A DNA stretch of 64,000 bases from Eimeria praecox (taxonomy: Eukaryota). The number at the start of each line of letters is the position of its first letter. Position 1 is the stretch's first letter. Position numbers and translations under genes: made by a program. The stretch covers positions 1,612,001 to 1,676,000 of the forward strand of contig OY986946.1 in assembly GCA_963920595.1 (NCBI GenBank), in the 5' to 3' direction. Positions 50,246-64,000 of the stretch are shown here, in pieces. Below the pieces are notes generated by a model. It had not been told where the DNA came from and ran no database searches. It saw nothing but the letters and a program-made list of their open reading frames with translations.

Positions 50246-51814
50246 CTCGTCATTCATTACATTGATTGTGCTCTTCCTACTGTTCAATTGAGGATGTAGC
50301 ACTTGTTTGTTTGGGACTGTGTTTTGGTTTTCTTGTGAATTTGTTTGGTGTGTCTTTGCTCTTCTGTTCATAAAATTTACAGCATTGTTCTTTGCGCAGA
50401 CCCTTGAAGCCAAGTTAAAGTGTTATTTCTTGGTGTCTCAGCACTTTACTGTTGGTTTTCAACGCCTGTCTGCTCAGGCTTTTGCCAGCTTTCTGTATCT
50501 GTCTTTTTCGGTTATATCCGCTCAAAATGACTATTTGCTTCTGCTCTTTTCTTCTGCCTGCTTGCTGCATCTACTTTCCGTCTCCTAAAGGAGACAGCAA
50601 CACCCTGATGCCGCAGTCCCTGTTCATATTTACGTTGTATGTGCATGCGGTACGGGCAAGACATTATTCTTTTCTCTTTGTCAGAAAAGAATAATGAAGA
50701 AAGCAACACTCGCGCCATAAAGAGGCATATGAGTAAGTGCAGAGACACAAAAGACAGCATCTCCCTCTGTGAAGCAGACATTCTGGAAAGAAGACAAAGA
50801 AGAAATCCCTCTAGACTTGTATAAAAGAAAGAAAACCTCTAACCCCTACACCTGCATACGTCTCCAGGTGTATACATCTGAAGTGTCTACTCCCCTCAGC
50901 AAGAAGCCCCACTGAATCAGTTAAACATGGGTTCTGTAGACCATGAAAAGTCTGAACAGCCAACCCCCTTCGTTGCACTGCATGCTGACGACACCCCCTA
51001 ACTGATTATTAAAGGGGGGGAGAGGGAAACAGGCTCAATGGTGTACAGAGGATAAGACGATTAGAAGGAAGCAGAAAAATACGCAGCATGCCTTGTTCAA
51101 CTAAGTAGCTCAGATTTTGTTTTTAAAGCTGTTTGCAGCATAAAGATGAAGAAGATATTTCTTATTAACGCAGGGCTTCCCTTTATTTGTCTAAAGATAT
51201 TTTTATATGACAAGATATTTCTAGGTGTTAACTAAGATGCAGATATTATATAATATTTGAATTCAATTCAAAACTTTTGATTTAAATTCATCTCAAGCTT
51301 ACAAAGCAAATGTAGGATTGCTCATAGATGCTAATTATGTGCGTGGCAATCGAAAGCGACGGGGATATAATATATCTGTTTCCATATAAATAAGAAACAA
51401 ATAAATTAGTGATCTAATTTTCTTGTACTTCTCTTTTAATGATGCAGCAAATACATGAAATGGTTACAAAGCAACTCGCTAGTGGAGAGGAAGCGCGTTG
51501 GCCTTCTCTCGGGGTGTCTGTACACCCGAGTTTGCGGATATGAAATCGTTGAAAATACAGCGAATATGTGAATAAAAATACGAATATTGTAGTATTTAAA
51601 CATTTAATTGCATATATTGTACAATTATTTTTTTTTATTTTATTTTTCTTCCTCGCAAGCCCCACTGACACGGGGCGGCGATCGATGCTGCTGCTAGCTC
51701 GGGATGCTGATGACTCTTTCTTCTTTTCTCTATCACTTTCAAAAATAGTTTATATTATAAGAAATATATTATTATTTGAGTTTCTTCTTCTTTAATTATT
51801 ATTATTTATAAGAA

Positions 51815-52541
51815 ATGGATGCTGAGGCAGATCTAAATCGTTTAGGAGATGCTGCTGTACGTCAGCAAGCGCGTCTATGGTTGTCTATAGATAAAAATGA
51901 GAAAACATTAAACGAAGCAAAGCAAATTATAAATAATTCTTCTGAAGATGAACTAAAGGAGATATTCTGCAAACATTTAGTTTTTGGAACTGTACGTATT
52001 AAACCCTGACTCGTTCACAGAGACGTTGAAATAAATAAAACGACAAACAATATTATTTCTTGCTTATTTGATATTTGAATTGCTTCTAATTAACAACTAC
52101 TTCAATATACACCAGAAATAAACAAACAGAAAAAGAAGAAAACAAACTAACAAACATACACGCACTCAATTTACTTGCCTCAATCTATTGCTATCTATCA
52201 TAACTGCATCATCAAACAAAACAAACAAAACTATAAAATAACAAACTGCTCAGAGACAAGAAAGCAGACTCTGATGAGGCCNNNNNNNNNNNNNNNNNNN
52301 NNNNNNNNNNNNNNNNNNNNNNNNNNNNNNNNNNNNNNNNNNNNNNNNNNNNNNNNNNNNNNNNNNNNNNNNNNNNNNNNNNNNNNNNNNNNNNNNNNNN
52401 NNNNNNNNNNNNNNNNNNNNNNNNNNNNNNNNNNNNNNNNNNNNNNNNNNNNNNNNNNNNNNNNNNNNNNNNNNNNNNNNNTGAGGCCTTATGGTGTCTG
52501 TGCAGCTCTCTTAAAGCTTCCTCACAAATGGGGGCTCCCCA

Positions 52542-52573
<32 letters not shown>

Positions 52574-52692
52574 ACAGCAGCAGCAGCAGCAGCAGCAGCA
52601 ACACTGCTCCTAGCACTTGTTCATAATTGCAGCGTACATAGACATTTGTTTCTTCATTCATGCTGCATATGATGGCTGTATTGTACTATTTG

Positions 52693-52789
<97 letters not shown>

Positions 52790-52976
52790 CTTCGGGTGTA
52801 TGTACAGGCAGGATTGAGAGCGCCTATGGGAGCTGGCTTTAGTCGTCTTAACGATGTTACAATTCAACAAGCTTCTCAGGTTTGTTTGTTTGTTTATTTG
52901 TTTATTTGTTTATTTATTTATTTGTTTATTTGTCTATTTATTTATTCGTTTATTTGTTTGTTTATTTACATTTGTT

Positions 52977-53011
<35 letters not shown>

Positions 53012-53307
53012 TTTGTTTGCTATTGCTAGTTTGCGCTTGCTAGTTTGTATTTGTTCATTTTTATTTGTTTGTTTGTTTGTATTTATTTGTTAGTTCACAT
53101 TTGCCTATTTGTGGTATTTTGTTTGTATTTGTTTAGGGTTTAGGGTTTAGGGTTTAGGGTTTAGGGTCTAGGGTTGCTAGGATAGAGGTGTATATACACT
53201 GTGTTTTGTTGATTTCAGGGTTTTTGCGCGTATTTACTTAAACGCCACGGAAAAGAAGTTTGTGCAGAAAGAGGAATTGTCATAGGCAGGGACTGCAGAC
53301 ACAACTC

Positions 53308-53355
<48 letters not shown>

Positions 53356-55389
53356 GTATATTAGACCTCAGAATATATATCTATATATATCTATATATAT
53401 CTATATATATCTATATATCTATATATCTATATATCTATATATCTATATATCTATATATCTATATATCTATATATCTATATATCTATATATCTATATATCT
53501 ATATATCTATATATCTATATATCTATATATCTATATATCTATATATCTATATATCTATATATCTATATATCTATATATCTATATATCTATATATCTATAT
53601 ATCTATATATCTATATATCTATATATCTATATATCTATATATCTATATATCTATATATCTATATATCTATATATCTATATATCTATATATCTATATATCT
53701 ATATATCTATATATATCTATATATCTATATATCTATATATCTATATATCTATATATCTATATATCTATATATCTATATATCTATATATCTATATCTATAT
53801 CTATATCTATATCTATATCTATATCTATATCTATATCTATATCTATATCTATATATCTATATCTATATTTATATCTATATATGTATATCTATATCTATAT
53901 CTATATATCTGTATCTATATCTATATCTATATCTATATCTATATCTATATCTATATCTATATCTATATCTATATCTATATCTATATCTATATCTATATCT
54001 ATATCTATATCTATATCTATATCTATATCTATATCTATATCTATATCTATATCTATATCTATATCTATATCTATATCTATATCTATATCTATATCTATAT
54101 ATCTATATCTATATCTATATATCTATATCTATATATCTATATCTATATCTATATCTATATATCTATATCTATATCTATATCTATATCTATATCTATATCT
54201 ATATCTATATCTATATCTATATATCTATATATCTATATATCTATATATCTATATATCTATATATCTATATATCTATATATCTATATATCTATATATCTAT
54301 ATATCTATATATCTATATATCTATATATCTATATATCTATATATCTATATATCTATATATCTATATATCTATATATCTATATATCTATATATCTATATAT
54401 CTATATATCTATATATCTATATATCTATATATCTATATATCTATATATCTATATATCTATATATCTATATATCTATATATCTATATATCTATATATCTAT
54501 ATATCTATATATCTATATATCTATATATCTATATATCTATCTATCTATCTATCTATCTATATATCTATATATCTATATATCTATATATCTATATATCTAT
54601 ATATCTATATATCTATATCTATATCTATATCTATATCTATATATCTATATCTATATCTATATCTATATATCTATATCTATATCTATATCTATATCTATAT
54701 CTATATCTATATCTATATCTATATATCTATATATCTATATCTATATATCTATATCTATATCTATATCTATATCTATATCTATATCTATATCTATATCTAT
54801 ATCTATATCTATATCTATATCTATATCTATATCTATATCTATATCTATATCTATATCTATATCTATATCTATATCTATATCTATATCTATATCTATATCT
54901 ATATCTATATATCTATATCTATATCTATATCTATATCTATATCTATATCTATATCTATATCTATATCTATATCTATATCTATATCTATATCTATATCTAT
55001 ATCTATATCTATATCTATATCTATATCTATATCTATATCTATATCTATATCTATATCTATATCTATATCTATATCTATATCTATATCTATATCTATATCT
55101 ATATCTATATCTATATCTATATCTATATCTATATCTATATCTATATCTATATCTATATCTATATCTATATCTATATCTATATCTATATCTATATCTATAT
55201 CTATATCTATATCTATATCTATATCTATATCTATATCTATATCTATATCTATATCTATATCTATATCTATATCTATATATCTATATCTATATCTATATCT
55301 ATATCTATATCTGTATCTATATCTATATCTATATATCTATATCTATATCTATCTATCTATCTATATATCTATATCTGTATCTATATCTG

Positions 55390-55424
<35 letters not shown>

Positions 55425-57018
55425 ATCTATCTATCTATCTATCTATCTATATAGATAGATAGATAGATAGATAGATATATAGATATATAGATATATACCT
55501 GAGGAGAAAGGGAAGGTAGCTGCTACAGAACTGTTAGCTTCTACAGAACTAGGGTTTAGGGTTTAGGGTTTAGGGTTTGTTTGTCTTGAGGATATGTGTG
55601 TGTTTGTTTGTGAGCAGATTCTCTCACCTGGCAGCAGCTACGTTTCTGAGTCGAGGGTTTCGGGTGTATCTATGCAAGAAGCCTGTACATACACCGCTAG
55701 TAGCATATGCAGTATTGAAGCTTAACTGTGTTGCTGGTGTAGTAGTTACGGCTTCTCATAACCCTAAAGAATATAATGGATATAAAGTTTATGATGATAA
55801 TGGCGTTCAAATTATTCCTCCTGTAGATGCTCATGTTGCACAAGCTATACAAGAAAATCAGGTGAAGATACAGCGCAGATTAAGTTTATAGCAAGCTAAC
55901 TCGCGTTCCTCTTTAAAAATAAAATTGTATAGACAATGAAGCTCCAGAGACACCCGGAACGTACACATGTAGTTGGGCTGTACAGGCAGCTCGAATATGC
56001 AGGCATCTGAGGTGTACAGGCAGTTGGGCTGTATAGGCAGTTGGGGTGTATAGGCAGCTTGGGGTGTATCTGCAGGTTGTTGGTGCACAGGGAAGTATAT
56101 CAGCGTGTCAGTGTAGTACAAATATTAAATATATCTTTGAACATCATAAAACTGAAACGAAAATGAAGAAATGAGTTGAAATAGTATACAGAGAAGGGTT
56201 TCTTCTTTTCTGTACTTGTGTGTGTGTGTGTGTGTGTTTGTGGTGTATGTACACCTGATCTCGGCTGTTCCACACATTCGTATCTTCAACATTGTGATTT
56301 GTTTTTCTTTTTTTTTTTCAGGGTTTATGGCCAGAAGTAGATGATTTATTTAATCGAGGAGAGGGAATATGTAGTGTATCTTCTGCCTATGAGGGGAAGT
56401 TGATAGATCCGACAGAGGAGTTGACAGAGATGTATCTATCAGGAATCGTTTCTGATCTATGCACACGAAAAGAACAAACTAAAAAATCTTCTCTCAAAGT
56501 TGTATACACCCCAATGCACGGTGTTGGGCTTCCATTCGCCACCGCTCTTCTGCGAAGATTTGGCTTCACAGACGGCCTTATCACAGGCAAGGGGTTAGGG
56601 TTTAGGGTTTAGTGTTTAGGGTTTAGGGTTTAGGGTTTAGGTTATGGCTTTATGCGCCTGCAGAGTTTGCGTGTATTGGTGTCTAGAGGGTTTGTACGAG
56701 AGGCATATTTTATTCTGTTTCTTAGGATTTAGGATTTAGGGTTTATATTATTTAGGGTTTAGGGTTTCTATTCTATTCTATTATTTAGGGTTTAGGGTTT
56801 AGGGTTTAGGGTTTAGGGTTTAGGGTTTATATCATCTGATTCACTGCAGTGCAGGCACAGTGTATCGAGGACCCCAATTTTTCTACTGTAGCGTTTCCTA
56901 ATCCTGAAGAAGAAGGCGCATTGGATTTAGCTATGAAGACAGCCGAAGATAATAATTCTACTCTCATCATTGCTAATGACCCTGATGCAGATAGATTAGG
57001 ATGTGCAGAAAAAATCAA

Positions 57019-57062
<44 letters not shown>

Positions 57063-58695
57063 TAAACCCTAAACCCTAAACCCTAAACCTTAAACCCTAA
57101 ACCCTGAACCCTAAACCCTAAACCTTAAACCCTAAACCTTAAACCCTAAACCTTAAACCCTAAACCCTAAACGCTACACGCTGGGATCCTGAGGCAGAAC
57201 CACACGGATGTGCAGAAAAAAACCTTATACTAAACCCTAAACACTAAACCCTAAACCCTAAACCCTAAACCCTAAACCCTAAACCCTAAATTCCTTATGA
57301 GGGGTGAGAGTTAGGGAGGTTTAAATAAGAGTTTGAGATTTAGTAGGGTTTAGGATTTAGGGTTTGGATATACGTAAGCTGTACACGAATACTAAACTAG
57401 GGTTTAGGGTTTAGGGTTTAGGGTTTAGGGTTTGGGGTTTGGGTGTTGCAGCGGAGAGTGGCATAAGTTTACAGGAGATGAAATAGGGCTTTTGCTAGCT
57501 TCGTATTTATATGAAGTCAGAAAAAAACAAAATATACAAGAAGATAAAATGTTGTTTGTATCTTCGGTTGTATCCTCACAGATGTTGAAGGTGTTTGCAG
57601 AGGTAGGGTTTAGGGTTTAGGGTTTAGGGTTTAGGGTTTAGGGTTTAAGATTTAGGTGTGGGGTTATACGTCACAGGGTGCTTCAGGACCTGTTTGAAGG
57701 TCTTGCTGCTGCTCCTGCTGCTGCTGCTGCTGCTGCAGGCGGCCCAGCAGCAGGTTGTGTTTTGCTGTCGGTGTGCTGCTGCTGCTCCTGCTGCTGCTGC
57801 TCCTGCTGCTGCTGCTGCTGCTCCTGCTGCTGCTGCTGCTGCATCTGCAGCAGCAGCGTATGTATCGTATTTGGTGTGGCTCCCCAGCAGCAGCAATTCC
57901 ACCAACAGCAGCTGAAGCAGCAGCTGCAGCAGCAGCTGCAGCAGCAGCAGCTGCAGCAGCTGCAGAAGCAGCAGCTGCAGCAGCTGCAGCAGCAGCAGCT
58001 GCAGCAGCAGCAGCAGCTCGACCACCAGCAGCTGAAGCAGCAGCAGCAGCAGCAACAGCAACAGCAGCAGGGGTAGAATGTTTGTGTTTTTTTTTTCTTT
58101 TATATCTTTCATTTCATTTCTTTAATTTAATTTAATTTAATTTAATTTAATTTAATTTAATTTTAATTTAATTTAATTTAATTTAATTTAATTTAATTAT
58201 TATTTAATTTAATTTAATTTAATATAATATAATATAATTTAATTTAATTTAATTAAATTTAATTATTATTTAATTTGTTTTGTTTTGTTTTGTTTGTGTA
58301 GGCTCGAGGTTGTGTTTATCGTTCTACGGCGACAGGTTTCAAATGGTTAGGGAATGTTGCTGCAGATCTGCAGCAGTCTGCTGCTGCATTGTTTCCTGTG
58401 TTATTGTATGAAGAAGCTTTAGGATTTGGGGTGTACCCTCAGGTGAGGGATAAGGATGGTGTTAGTGCTGCAGCAGTATTAATAGAATGTGCATGCAAAC
58501 AAGCAGAACAAGGTAGCAGCTTGTGGGGTCTGCTGCAGCAGCTGCAGCAGCAACATGGTTATTCTATAACAAATAATATCTGTCTTAGAATGAAACAGCA
58601 GCAGCAGCAGCAAGCACTCGCGTGGCTTCGTAATAAAGGGAACTATCGCAGCAGCTTCGGTAGCTATCAAGTACAAAGTATTGAAGATACTGACA

Positions 58696-58766
<71 letters not shown>

Positions 58767-58908
58767 AAACTACATGTGTCTGTGCTAGATCAACGTATAG
58801 GGAATCTATTAATCCTACGTTTTAATAATGAAGCAATCGTTAGGATACGCCCTAGCGGAACAGAGCCAAAGCTGAAGATATACGCAGAAATTATTGCTGC
58901 TGCTCCTC

Positions 58909-58942
<34 letters not shown>

Positions 58943-59069
58943 TGCTGCTGCTCCTGCTGCTGCTGCTGCTGCTGCTGCTACTGCTGAAGAAGTTCAGAAG
59001 AAAAGAGAAACCCTAGAACACGTCGTTCAAACTATTGTTAATGAAATCAACGCGAACACTAAACCCTAA
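51815..59069 (+). CDS. PGM2: Phosphoglucomutase/phosphomannomutase, PGM2-like alpha-D-phosphohexomutase
   Basis: Exons 51815-51991, 52808-52879, 53219-53313, 55618-55861, 56322-56586, 56850-57018, 57452-57602, 58302-59069. Motifs [21 protein letters not shown] (phospho-Ser), [20 protein letters not shown] (metal), [29 protein letters not shown]. Confidence 0.95.
52282..52481. other. Assembly gap (200 N) in PGM intron 1
   Basis: Run of N, with TGAGGCC on both sides. Confidence 0.99.
53315..55497. repeat. ~2.2-kb intronic (TATATATC)n/(TATATC)n/(TATC)n satellite
   Basis: Directly visible; fills PGM intron 3 and generates the spurious 704- and 525-aa ORFs. Confidence 0.97.
55970..56075. repeat. 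Short degenerate ~17-18-bp tandem repeat (CAGTTGGGSTGTAYAGG)
   Basis: About 5-6 imperfect copies in PGM intron 4. Confidence 0.7.
56590..57646. repeat. Cluster of interstitial telomere-like (TTTAGGG/CCCTAAA)n arrays in PGM introns
   Basis: Arrays at about 56591-56642, 56750-56828, 57056-57290 (opposite orientation), 57400-57440 and 57604-57646. Others at about 27961-27998, 43371-43393, 53132-53172, 55551-55578, 59060-59130, 62105-62147 and 63573-63652. Confidence 0.95.
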
Positions 59070-59201
59070 ACCCTAAACCCTAATCTATAAACCCTAAACC
59101 CTAAACCCTAAACCCTAAACCCTAAACCCTCAACTACGAGAAGCCTAACCCTAAAATGGGAGGCTTAGAGGCGAGGAAGAACAAACATATTTATTTATTT
59201 C

Positions 59202-59276
<75 letters not shown>

Positions 59277-59469
59277 GTAAATAAATAAAATAAATAAATA
59301 TGTAAACAATAAATAAATAAAATTGTATTTATTTATTTCGTTCGATAAAACATTTGTTTATTTTGTTGAAGACAACAAAACTCTAACTTGTTTTTGTCTT
59401 TTTCTATTTATTTATTTTATTTATTTATTTTATTTATTTATTTAATATATTTAATTTTTTAATTTTATT

Positions 59470-63719
<4,250 letters not shown>

Positions 63720-63942
63720 CTGAGAAGAAAATAAAATAAATAAAATAAATAAAATAAATAAAATAAATAAAATAAATAAAATAAATAACATAAATAAAAT
63801 AAATAAAATAAATAAAATAAACAAAAATAGATAAATAAAAACAAATAAATAAAACACATAAAATAAATATTTTATATCTACTCTTACAACCCTACGTGTT
63901 TTCTGCTGCTGCTGCTGCTGCTACTGCTACTGCTGCTGCTGC

Positions 63943-64000
<58 letters not shown>

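Noticed and set aside
47060..50450. Possible LTRs flanking the gypsy relic (G/T-rich blocks near 47080-47290 and 50245-50450)
   Set aside because: No alignable direct repeat, TG..CA ends or primer-binding site could be seen by eye.
52271..52500. CTGATGAGGCC resembling a hammerhead ribozyme core
   Set aside because: No matching GAAA or closing stems are visible and the site abuts an N gap.
53348..55462. 704-aa and 525-aa ORFs of I/Y/L/S
   Set aside because: Stop-free translation of a TATC-type satellite inside PGM intron 3.

Overview
Eukaryotic, intron-rich genomic DNA with the repeat signature of a coccidian apicomplexan, most likely Eimeria (inferred from CAG/CTG tracts, interstitial AAACCCT telomere-like repeats, TGCATGCA arrays and an apicoplast-type FabH). 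Manual splice-phase reconstruction supports eight protein genes: the 3' part of a RAP-domain protein (+), IST1 (+), a ~20-kb VPS13 (-), an HSL-family esterase (+), a small 4-TM protein (+), FabH/KAS III (-), a PGM2-type phosphohexomutase (+) and the 3' part of a CDK-like kinase with an RD/RS-rich tail (-). There is also a convergent pair of tRNA-Thr(AGU) genes, a decayed Ty3/gypsy pol relic and many micro/minisatellites. Most ORFs in the supplied track are repeat artefacts. The most unusual signal is that simple repeats repeatedly coincide with gene-structure elements. Telomere-like repeats form splice donors and a stop codon, a GGTGTAYRTACAS quasi-palindrome forms acceptors in three genes, and several introns carry complementary microsatellite arms. 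All family assignments come from motif recognition by eye, not database searches.
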